Shown: positions 12,132 through 23,700 of the stretch, in pieces
Layout of the letters: each line of letters begins with the position of its first letter
Position numbering within the stretch: the stretch's first letter is position 1
From: Nemertoderma westbladi
Lineage: Eukaryota; Animalia; Xenacoelomorpha
DNA length: 64,000 nucleotides
Reading direction: 5' to 3'
Assembly: GCA_032718475.1 (NCBI GenBank)
Contig: JAUCBJ010003066.1
Span: 1 to 64,000, forward strand
Notes under the pieces: model-generated
What the model was told of the DNA's origin: nothing
The model's input: the letters and a program-made list of their open reading frames with translations, nothing else
Database searches by the model: none
Position numbers and translations under genes: made by a program

Positions 12132-13425
12132 ACCGTGGCCGAGCACGGATTCGGGTTCTCCGAACACGATAACCTGCGGTTGGGGCCCTTACATCCAGAC
12201 AGTCTGGCGCCAATGACACCCTAGGTGTCACATTCCTAAGCGATGAGTCATGAGTGGGGTCTAACTGTCGCAAAGCTGGCCAAGCCTATACTACTTTAGT
12301 AGCCCCTGGCAAGATTGAATCCTCTGAGTCCTGCGCCCTCACCAAACCGAAGCTACGCAAGGAGCGACGACCACCGCGCAGACAGAGGGAGTTGGAACGG
12401 AGGAGCGCAAACTGCAGTCTCCGCCGTATACCCCCCAACACGCAGCCAGGACCCCTCTCACGCAGCCGAGACCCCTCTCACGCATGCCGACCCGCCTCTC
12501 CACGAGTGACTCGGTGAGAGGACGAATGAGGATTTGTGTCTCGGTGCACGAGACACCGTCTGTATTGCCCACCAGGGAGGTAAATTCTATCCTCCACTCC
12601 TCGCAGACGGATCTGCAGTGGTTCTTCTTGAACCTGCAGCGGGCTTCAAGAAGTGACTCTGTCGAGCAGTTGGTCTGGGAATACGAAGTTGCATTCAATA
12701 ATTTTCGCATAATGAAGAAACAATATGTAGAGTTTTAAACGCTCAGCTAAATAATAATTAATATTCTAGGGCCCAACAAAACATCAGAATTATAGCGATT
12801 TACGTCTCTAAATTTACACATTAGTATTTTGATAATATCTTTGAGAATATCTTTGCCACTTTTGGGTTAAATTTAAACGGTTTTCAGATTCGGAATCTAC
12901 AGACGAAGGCGCTTCGAATGATATCTAGATTACATTTCAAAGACGAAAAATAAAGTCTACGGAGGTGGTTAAACATTGCTGAATAAACCTTTTTTAAGGG
13001 CTTGTTGTATGGAAATAACTGAGAAATTAAAAAATCCAGCCAGGCCACCAGTAAGAAAAGGTGTCGATCTATTATCATACCGAATTTCGTAGCTCGAATT
13101 TCGAATTTAAAAAACAATTAGGGGGGGGGGGGGGCTCCGACCCCCTAAAAATGGTTGTTGTATTAAGGGTTATGGTGCTATATTGAAAACATTATGAACA
13201 AAATCTAAAACTACACCAACTTCCAACAATCTAAAAAGTTAGTTAAAACAAAATAACTTAATGTGCAGGAAATTAATGATATTTTACAGTATATTGCTAC
13301 CTCTCAAATATTCCATTACATATAGTCCTATCTATTTACATGTCATATATTCACTTGTTTACATTGTATATTCCGTTGTGTTAGTTCGTCTCGTACCAAT
13401 CGTATGTACTCTGTACCATCTTTAG

Positions 13426-14493
13426 GGAAGTGTTGATGGTATCAATAATAATAATAATAATAAGAAAAAAATTATAAGAAAAATAAAAATTGGGCACCAA
13501 GTCCGACCAAAACTCCGGAATAAACGGCGTTTAATTATTGGACTTATTGCATTTGTGTTAGTGGCGACGGCAGCTGGTGTAATCGGTTGGTTTCTGGGAA
13601 ATCAAGACAATAAAAATAATTTAGGGGTACCAACATCCACAGCCCCAAATACTACCGGCAATGTTACTACTGGTTGGGCGAGCAACACTGTTAGAGTCGA
13701 TATGGACAATACGCTCACTCCCCCTCCCTTTACTTATCTTAATACTTTCCCTTCCACTACTCCCCTTCCCATTACTCCCGCCCCCACTACTCCCACTCCA
13801 ACTACTCCCCCTTCCAATCCCACAACCCCCCCTCCTACTACTCCCATTCCCACTGCTCCCACTCCCACTACTCCCCCTAGTACAACCACATTGTCCAATG
13901 ATGATATATTATATAGGAAGTTTATCAACTGCGATACAAGTGTGACAGAATGTCTACCATATGCTCATTCTGATACATGCGATAACCGAGCCGAGCAATA
14001 TACCACCAAAGCTAAAGTCAGTGGTCTACATAATCTAAATACTAAGGGCAAGAAACTGAGATGCGATGGAGGTTGGGTCCTATTTTATAGACGCATCGCC
14101 AACAGTAACAGCTACTTTTGGTATAAAAATAAAGATTTCGCAAATGGATTCGGAGATTCAGATAAATCTTACTTTCTCGGCGTGTATAGTATCTACGTGC
14201 TGACACGATATAAAAATTGTTTCTTAAAGATCAACTTTGACAAATCGTCGAGAATCTACAGCAACTTTACAGTGTCGGGGCCTCCGAGCTATTATCTAAT
14301 GATTACAAATTATACATATTCACATCCGACCGGTGTATTTGCTGATGGAACTTACGATCTCTCTGCCCTAAATAACTCTAAGTTTAGACAAAGAAACTAT
14401 GGATGGTGGACTGGGGGTGGAGGTACTCACCCAAATGAATGGAACCCTAAATCTCAAACATTAGAAATAAAACTGAAATGCTTGGTAACCTAA
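13426..14493 (+). CDS. Terminal exon of a type II membrane fibrinogen-related domain (FReD) protein: signal anchor, Pro/Thr mucin-like stalk, fibrinogen C domain
   Basis: The frame is open upstream of the listed GTG back to an acceptor-like ccatctttag| at 13425. RNKRR-LIIGLIAFVLVATAAGVIGWFLG is a signal anchor. CDGGWVLFYRR, FANGFG..YFLG, IYVLT, YSNFTV, GWW and TLEIKLK are fibrinogen C-domain motifs. There is no in-frame ATG before the TM segment, so an upstream exon is implied. Confidence 0.8.
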   Translation, partial: GSVDGINNNNNNKKKIIRKIKIGHQVRPKLRNKRRLIIGLIAFVLVATAAGVIGWFLGNQDNKNNLGVPTSTAPNTTGNVTTGWASNTVRVDMDNTLTPPPFTYLNTFPSTTPLPITPAPTTPTPTTPPSNPTTPPPTTPIPTAPTPTTPPSTTTLSNDDILYRKFINCDTSVTECLPYAHSDTCDNRAEQYTTKAKVSGLHNLNTKGKKLRCDGGWVLFYRRIANSNSYFWYKNKDFANGFGDSDKSYFLGVYSIYVLTRYKNCFLKINFDKSSRIYSNFTVSGPPSYYLMITNYTYSHPTGVFADGTYDLSALNNSKFRQRNYGWWTGGGGTHPNEWNPKSQTLEIKLKCLVT

Positions 14494-17400
14494 GTCTGAT
14501 AATACATTAGAGATGAAACTGAAATGCTTGGTAACCTAAGTCTGATGATACATTAGAGATGAAACTGAAATGCTTGGTAACCTAAGTCTGATGATACATT
14601 AGAGATGAAACTGAAATGCTTGGTAACCTAAGTCTGATGATACATTAGAGATGAAACTGAAATGCTTGGTAACCTAAGTCTGATGATACATTAGAGATGA
14701 AACTGAAATGCCTGGTAACCTAAGTCTGATGATACATTAGAGATGAAACTGAAATGCTTGGTAACCTATGTCTGATGATACATTAGAGATGAAACTGAAA
14801 TGCCTGGTAACCTAAGTCTGATGATACATTAGAGATGAAACTGAAATGCCTGGTAACCTAAGTCTGATGATACATTAGAGATGAAACTGAAATGCCTGGT
14901 AACCTAAGTCTGATGATACATTAGAGATGAAACTGAAATGCTTGGTAACCTATGTCTGATGATACATTAGAGATGAAACTGAAATGCTTGGTAACCTAAG
15001 TCTGATGATACATTAGAGATGAAACTGAAATGCTTGGTAACCTATGTCTGATGATACATTAGAGATGAAACTGAAATGCTTGGTAACCTATGTCTGATGA
15101 TACATTAGAGATGAAACTGAAATGCTTGGTAACCTATGTCTGATGATACATTAGAGATGAAACTGAAATGCCTGGTAACCTAAGTCTGATGATACATTAG
15201 AGATGAAACTGAAATGCTTGGTAACCTAAGTCTGATGATACATTATAGATGAAACTGAAATGCTTGGTAACCTAAATCTGATAATATATTAGAGATGAAA
15301 CTGAAATGCTTGGTAACCTAAGTCTGATGATACATTAGAGATGAAACTGAAATGCTTGGTAACCTAAGTCTGATGATACATTATAGATGAAACTGAAATG
15401 CTTGGTAACCTAAGTCTGATAATATATTAGAGATGAAACTGAAATGCTTGGTAACCTATGTCTGATGATACATTAGAGATGAAACTGAAATGCTTGGTAA
15501 CCTAAGTCTGATGATACATTAGAGATGAAACTGAAATGCTTGGTAACCTATGTCTGATGATACATTAGAGATGAAACTGAAATGCCTGGTAACCTAAGTC
15601 TGATGATACATTATAGATGAAACTGAAATGCTTGGTAACCTAAATCTGATAATATATTAGAGATGAAACTGAAATGCTTGGTAACCTAAGTCTGATGATA
15701 CATTATAGATGAAACTGAAATGCTTGGTAACCTAAGTCTGATAATATATTAGAGATGAAACTGAAATGCTTGGTAACCTATGTCTGATGATACATTAGAG
15801 ATGAAACTGAAATGCTTGGTAACCTAAGTCTGATGATACATTAGAGATGAAACTGAAATGCTTGGTAACCTAAGTCTGATGATACATTATAGATGAAACT
15901 GAAATGCTTGGTAACCTAAATCTGATAATATATTAGAGATGAAACTGAAATGCTTGGTAACCTAAGTCTGATGATACATTAGAGATGAAACTGAAATGCT
16001 TGGTAACCTAAGTCTGATGATACATTATAGATGAAACTGAAATGCTTGGTAACCTAAGTCTGATAATATATTAGAGATGAAACTGAAATGCTTGGTAACC
16101 TATGTCTGATGATACATTAGAGATGAAACTGAAATGCTTGGTAACCTAAGTCTGATGATACATTAGAGATGAAACTGAAATGCTTGGTAACCTAAGTCTG
16201 ATGATACATTAGAGATGAAACTGAAATGCTTGGTAACCTATGTCTGATGATACATTAGAGATGAAACTGAAATGCTTGGTAACCTAAGTCTGATGATACA
16301 TTAGAGATGAAACTGAAATGCTTGGTAACCTAAGTCTGATAATACATTAGAGATGAAACTGAAATGCTTGGTAACCTAAGTCTGATGATACATTAGAGAT
16401 GAAACTGAAATGCTTGGTAACCTATGTCTGATGATACATTAGAGATGAAACTGAAATGCTTGGTAACCTAAGTCTGATGATACATTAGAGATGAAACTGA
16501 AATGCTTGGTAACCTAAGTCTGATGATACATTAGAGATGAAACTGAAATGCTTGGTAACCTAAGTCTGATGATACATTAGAGATGAAACTGAAATGCTTG
16601 GTAACCTAAGTCTGATGATACATTAGAGATGAAACTGAAATGCTTGGTAACCTAAGTCTGATGATACATTAGAGATGAAACTGAAATGCTTGGTAACCTA
16701 TGTCTGATGATACATTAGAGATGAAACTGAAATGCCTGGTAACCTAAGTCTGATGATACATTATAGATGAAACTGAAATGCTTGGTAACCTAAGTCTGAT
16801 AATATATTAGAGATGAAACTGAAATGCTTGGTAACCTATGTCTGATGATACATTAGAGATGAAACTGAAATGCTTGGTAACCTAAGTCTGATGATACATT
16901 AGAGATGAAACTGAAATGCTTGGTAACCTAAGTCTGATGATACATTATAGATGAAACTGAAATGCTTGGTAACCTAAATCTGATAATATATTAGAGATGA
17001 AACTGAAATGCTTGGTAACCTAAGTCTGATGATACATTAGAGATGAAACTGAAATGCTTGGTAACCTAAGTCTGATGATACATTATAGATGAAACTGAAA
17101 TGCTTGGTAACCTAAGTCTGATAATATATTAGAGATGAAACTGAAATGCTTGGTAACCTAAGTCTGATGATACATTATAGATGAAACTGAAATGCTTGGT
17201 AACCTAAATCTGATAATATATTAGAGATGAAACTGAAATGCTTGGTAACCTAAGTCTGATGATACATTAGAGATGAAACTGAAATGCTTGGTAACCTAAG
17301 TCTGATGATACATTATAGATGAAACTGAAATGCTTGGTAACCTAAATCTGATAATATATTAGAGATGAAACTGAAATGCTTGGTAACCTAAGTCTGATGA

Positions 17401-18666
17401 TACATTATAGATGAAACTGAAATGCTTGGTAACCTAAGTCTGATAATATATTAGAGATGAAACTGAAATGCTTGGTAACCTATGTCTGATGATACATTAG
17501 AGATGAAACTGAAATGCTTGGTAACCTAAGTCTGATGATACATTAGAGATGAAACTGAAATGCTTGGTAACCTATGTCTGATGATACATTAGAGATGAAA
17601 CTGAAATGCTTGGTAACCTAAGTCTGATGATACATTAGAGATGAAACTGAAATGCTTGGTAACCTATGTCTGATGATACATTAGAGATGAAACTGAAATG
17701 CTTGGTAACCTAAGTCTGATGATACATTAGAGATGAAACTGAAATGCTTGGTAACCTAAGTCTGATGATACATTATAGATGAAACTGAAATGCTTGGTAA
17801 CCTAAGTCTGATAATATATTAGAGATGAAACTGAAATGCTTGGTAACCTAAGTCTGATGATACATTAGAGATGAAACTGAAATGCTTGGTAACCTAAGTC
17901 TGATGATACATTATAGATGAAACTGAAATGCTTGGTAACCTAAGTCTGATGATACATTAGAGATGAAACTGAAATGCTTGGTAACCTATGTCTGATGATA
18001 CATTAGAGATGAAACTGAAATGCTTGGTAACCTAAGTCTGATGATACATTAGAGATGAAACTGAAATGCTTGGTAACCTAAGTCTGATGATACATTATAG
18101 ATGAAACTGAAATGCTTGGTAACCTAAGTCTGATAATACATTAGAGATGAAACTGAAATACTTTGTAACCTAAGTCTGATGATACATTAGAGATGAAACT
18201 GAAATGCTTAGTAACCTATGTCTGATGATACATTAGAGATGAAACTGAAATGCTTGGTAACCTAAGTCTGATGATACATTAGAGATGAAACTGAAATGCT
18301 TGGTAACCTAAGTCTGATGATACATTATAGATGAAACTGAAATGCTTGGTAACCTAAGTCTGATAATACATTAGAGATGAAACTGAAATACTTTGTAACC
18401 TAAGTCTGATGATACATTAGAGATGAAACTGAAATGCTTAGTAACCTATGTCTGATGATACATTAGAGATGAAACTGAAATGCTTGGTAACCTAAGTCTG
18501 ATGATACATTATAGATGAAACTGAAATGCTTGGTAACCTAAGTCTGATGATACATTAGAGATGAAACTGAAATGCTTGGTAACCTAAGTCTGATGATACA
18601 TTAGAGATGAAACTGAAATGCTTGGTAACCTAAGTCTGATGATACATTAGAGATGAAACTGAAATG
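14461..18666 (+). repeat. 46-bp satellite, about 91 copies, derived from the last codons and stop of the FReD gene
   Basis: Unit TTAGAGATGAAACTGAAATGCTTGGTAACCTAAGTCTGATGATACA. The first copy overlaps the CDS end. Confidence 0.95.
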
Positions 18667-18914
18667 TCTAAAGTAACAAATATAAAGAAACAAAGTAGAA
18701 GTACAGTAGGTTACTTATTGTTTTTGTGTAACAAAAAAAACACTTAAAATATCAACAAATAATATTCCAATAATAGAAAGAAATAGTTCGAACAACATGT
18801 TTTAATAATATCCTCTGAGTTACAATAAATATAAGAACGGCACTGCCGTAGGTCGTGAGGCCTCCGTTGGGAACGTCGGTTCCAGGAACCGCGGTAGGAA
18901 TCCCATAAAGGATA

Positions 18915-20105
18915 GATGGAACCCGTAGTCCCAAAGGTTACCCCGCGGGTTCCATCCAACCCGTAGACCCAACGGGTAACCCATGGGCTACATACAACCC
19001 GTAGACCCAACGGGTAACCCATAGGTTACATACAACCCGTAGACCCAACAGGTAACCCACGGGTTACATCCAACCCGTAGACCCAACGTGTAACCCTTGG
19101 GTTACTACTACCCGTAGACCCAACAGGTAACCCATGGGTTAAAACCAACCCGTAGACCCAACGGGTAACCCTTGGGTTACTACTACCCGTAGACCCAACA
19201 GGTAACCCATGGGTTACATCCAACCCGTAGACCCAACGGGTAACCCTTGTGTTACTACTACCCGTAGACCCAACAGGTAACCCATGGGTTAAATCCAACC
19301 CGTAGACCCAACGGGTAACCCCTGGGTTACTACAACCCGTAGACCCAACAGGTAACCCATGGGTTAAATCCAACCCGTAGACCCAACGGGTAACCCATGT
19401 GTTCCATCCAACCCGTAGACCCAACGGGTAACCCATGGGTTCCATCCAACACGTAGACCCAACGGGATACCCATGGGTTCAATCCAACCCGTAGGCCCAA
19501 CGGGAAAGGCATGGGTTATATCCAACCCGTAGACCCAACGGGTAACCCTTGGGTTACTACAACCCGTAGACCCAACAGGTAACCCATGGGTTAAATCCAA
19601 CCCGTAGACCCAACGGGTAACCCATGTGTTCCATCCAACACGTAGACCCAACGGGATACCCATGGGTTCAATCCAACCCGTAGGCCCAACGGGAAAGGCA
19701 TGGGTTACATCCTACCCGTAGACCCAACGAGTAACCCATGGGTTACATCCAACCCGTAGACCCAACGGTAAACCCATGGGTTAAATGCAACCCATGCAAC
19801 CCAACGGGTAACCTATGGGTTACATCCGTCAACACAGCGGGTAACATGGGTTACATCCAACCCGTCAATTCAAAAGGTCACCAATGGGTGTCATCCAACA
19901 CGTCAACCCAGCGGGTAACCCATGGGTTCCATACTATCCGTAGACCCAATGGGTTACATCCAATCTGTAGACCTAGCGGGTAACCCATAGGTTACATCCA
20001 GCCCGTAAACCCAGCGGGTAACCCATGGGTTCCATCCAACCCATTTACCCAACATATAACCCATGGGTTAGATCCAACCCGTAGACCCAACAGGTTACCC
20101 ATGTG
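18915..20105. repeat. 38-bp palindromic minisatellite, about 31 diverged copies
   Basis: Unit CAACCCGTAGACCCAACGGGTAACCCATGGGTTACATC, containing the palindrome GTAACCCATGGGTTAC and the stem ACCCGT...ACGGGT. Confidence 0.9.
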
Positions 20106-20110
20106 TTTCT

Positions 20111-20256
20111 CACAGATACACTTCGCTGAGACTTCGCTGAGATGAGTTCGTATACATGCTGGGCAATTACAGATGGATACAACGCTGTGAGAATGCGGCG
20201 GCATCGCTGTTAAACTGCGTCCAAATGCGACTCATCACCACCAATGTGTATCTGTG
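20111..20256. mobile_element. Small MITE-like inverted-repeat element
   Basis: CACAGATACA ... TGTATCTGTG termini with further internal complementarity. No clear TSD. Confidence 0.4.
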
Positions 20257-20471
20257 AATTGGTACACTTATTATATTTTTCTTTACCCTACTCTTATTAT
20301 ATTTAGTATTTACAACCAAATTAAATATGTGGATGGTTAATTTATTAATCTCTACAATCGGATAGAAAGCTCTATATAATTATTATTAACGACAACATTG
20401 AGTTCTGCTTCACAATATTAAAATTAAAAGTAGCATTTTATGAACAAATGTAATCAACCAATTACAATCCC

Positions 20472-20784
20472 TCAAGAACTCCCATGTATAGGTAGGTACT
20501 CCAAGTACAAAGACAATATAAATACGGTCTCGTCCACCTCTACTTCAGCCTTCTGTATCGCATTCAACCTTTTCTTCAGTAACTCCAACTGAACCTTCTC
20601 GGCGGGCGTCAGATAGTTCCTAACCTCCTGTATTTGTTCAGGGTCTGCATTGTCCTGGGTCAACTGTTCTACTATAGAATCAACCTTGGTTCCCTGATCC
20701 AACAACCTTCTATTGTCCGAAGCCTCTTTCTCGCGCCGTAACATTAGATTCAACAAGGTCTTGTAACAATGTCCGAGAGCCACT
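20472..20784 (-). CDS. POLR3C: POLR3C exon 5 (terminal)
   Basis: Acceptor tttcctacag|A GTG GCT CTC GGA CAT TGT TAC AAG. Reads (R)VALGHCYKTLLNLMLRREKE...VDETVFILSLYLEYLPIHGSS*. Confidence 0.92.
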
Positions 20785-23700
20785 CTGTAGGAAACAATAT
20801 AAAACAATGTCTGTGAGCCGCGCCACTCTATAGGAAACAATATAAAACAATGTCTGTGAGCCACTCTATAGGAAACAATATAAAACAATGTCTGTGAGCC
20901 ACTCTATAGGAAACAATATAAAACAATGTCTGTGAGCCGCGCCACTCTATAGGAAACAATATAAAACAATGTCTGTGAGCCGCGCCACTCTATAGGAAAC
21001 AATATAAAACAATGTCTGTGAGCCGCGCCACTCTATAGGAAACAATATAAAACAATGTCTGTGAGCCACTCTGTAGGAAACAATATAAAACAATGTCCGA
21101 GTGCCACTCTATAGGAAACAATATAAAACAATGTCTGTGAGCCACTCTATAGGAAACAATATAAAACAATGTCTGTGAGCCACTCTATAGGAAACAATAT
21201 AAAACAATGTCTGTGAGCCACTCTATAGGAAACAATATAAAACAATGTCTGTGAGCCGCGCCACTCTATAGGAAACAATATAAAACAATGTCTGTGAGCC
21301 ACTCTGTAGGAAACAATATAAAACAATGTCCGAGTGCCACTCTATAGGAAACAATATAAAACAATGTCTGTGAGCCACTCTATAGGAAACAATATAAAAC
21401 AATGTCTGTGAGCCACTCTATAGGAAACAATATAAAACAATGTCTGTGAGCCACTCTATAGGAAACAATATAAAACAATGTCTGTGAGCCACTCTATAGG
21501 AAACAATATAAAACAATGTCTGTGAGCCACTCTATAGGAAACAATATAAAACAATGTCCGAGAGCCACTCTGTAGGAAACAATATAAAACAATGTCCGAG
21601 TGCCACTCTATAGGAAACAATATAAAACAATGTCTGTGAGCCACTCTATAGGAAACAATATAAAACAATGTCTGTGAGCCACTCTATAGGAAACAATATA
21701 AAACAATGTCTGTGAGCCGCGCCACTCTATAGGAAACAATATAAAACAATGTCTGTGAGCCGCGCCACTCTATAGGAAACAATATAAAACAATGTCTGTG
21801 AGCCGCGCCACTCTATAGGAAACAATATAAAACAATGTCTGTGAGCCGCGCCACTCTATAGGAAACAATATAAAACAATGTCTGTGAGCCGCGCCACTCT
21901 ATAGGAAACAATATTAAACAGTGTCTGTGAGCCGCGCCACTCTATAGGAAACAATATAAAACAATGTCTGTGAGCCACTCTATAGGAAACAATATAAAAC
22001 AATGTCTGTGAGCCGCGCCACTCTATAGGAAACAATATAAAACAATGTCTGTGAGCCACTCTATAGGAAACAATATAAAACAATGTCTGTGAGCCGCGCC
22101 ACTCTATAGGAAACAATATAAAACAATGTCTGTGAGCCGCGCCACTCTATAGGAAACAATATAAAACAATGTCTGTGAGCCACTCTATAGGAAACAATAC
22201 AAAACAATGTCTGTGAGCAGCGCCACTCTATAGGAAACAATATAAAACAATGTCTATGAGCCGCGCCACTCTATAGGAAACAATATAAAACAATGTCTGT
22301 GAGCCACTCTATAGGAAACAATATAAAACAACGTCTGTGAGCCGCGCCACTCTATAGGAAACAATATAAAACAATGTCTGTGAGCCGCGCCACTCTATAG
22401 GAAACAATATAAAACAATGTCTGTGAGCCGCGCCACTCTATAGGAAACAATATAAAACAATGTCTGTGAGCCGCGCCACTCTATAGGAAACAATATAAAA
22501 CAATGTCTGTGAGCCACTCTATAGGAAACAATATAAAACAATGTCTGTGAGCCGCGCCACTCTATAGGAAACAATATAAAACAATGTCTGTGAGCCACTC
22601 TATAGGAAACAATATAAAACAATGTCTGTGAACCACTCTATAGGAAACAATATAAAACAATGTCTGTGAGCCGCGCCACTCTATAGGAAACAATATAAAA
22701 CAATGACTGTGAGCCACTCTATATGAAACAATATAAAACAATGACTGTGAGCCACTCTATAGGAAACAATATAAAACAATGTCTGTGAGCCGCGCCACTC
22801 TATATGAAACAATATAAAACAATGACTGTGAGCCACTCTATAGGAAACAATACAAAACAATGTCTGTGAGCCATTCTATAGGAAACAATATAAAACAATG
22901 TCTGTGAACCACTCTATAGGAAACAATATAAAACAATGTCTGTGAGCCACTCTATAGGAAACAATATAAAACAATGTCTGTGAGCCGCGCCACTCTATAG
23001 GAAACAATATAAAACAATGTCTGTGAGCCACTCTATAGGAAACAATATAAAACAATGTCTGTGAGTCGCGCCACTGTATAGGAAACAATATAAAACAATG
23101 TCTGTGAGTCGCGCCACTGTATAGGAAACAATATAAAACAATGTCTGTGAGCCACTCTATAGGAAACAATATAAAACAATGTCTGTGAGTCGCGCCACTG
23201 TATAGGAAACAATATAAAACAATGTCTGTGAGTCGCGCCACTGTATAGGAAACAATATAAAACAATGTATGTGAGCCGCGCCACTCTATAGGAAACAATA
23301 TAAAACAATGTCTGTGAGCCGCGCCACTGTATAGGAAACAATATAAAACAATGTCTGTGAGTCGCGCCACTGTATAGGAAACAATATAAAACAATGTCTG
23401 TGAGCCGCGCCACTCTATAGGAAACAATATAAAACAATGACTGTGAGCCACTCTATAGGAAACAATATAAAACAATGTCTGTGAGTCGCGCCACTGTATA
23501 GGAAACAATATAAAACAATGTCTGTGAGTCGCGCCACTGTATAGGAAACAATATAAAACAATGTATGTGAGCCGCGCCACTCTATAGGAAACAATATAAA
23601 ACAATGTCTGTGAGCCGCGCCACTGTATAGGAAACAATATAAAACAATGTCTGTGAGTCGCGCCACTGTATAGGAAACAATATAAAACAATGTCTGTGAG

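Larger units (their letters stand above)
9573..12295. mobile_element. Non-autonomous Polinton/Maverick-like element (2.7 kb)
   Basis: 101-bp TIRs (9573-9673 and 12195-12295, 2 mismatches) starting AGTAGT. Perfect 6-bp TSD TTAGTA at 9567-9572 and 12296-12301. No coding capacity seen. Confidence 0.75.

Noticed and set aside
12254-12738. Overlapping short ORFs in a GC-rich patch
   Set aside because: No recognisable domain or supported splice structure. Could be an exon or TE remnant, but cannot be supported from sequence alone.
18744-20204. ORFs reading WVTRWVYGLD / THGLPVGSTG
   Set aside because: Translations of the 38-bp minisatellite.
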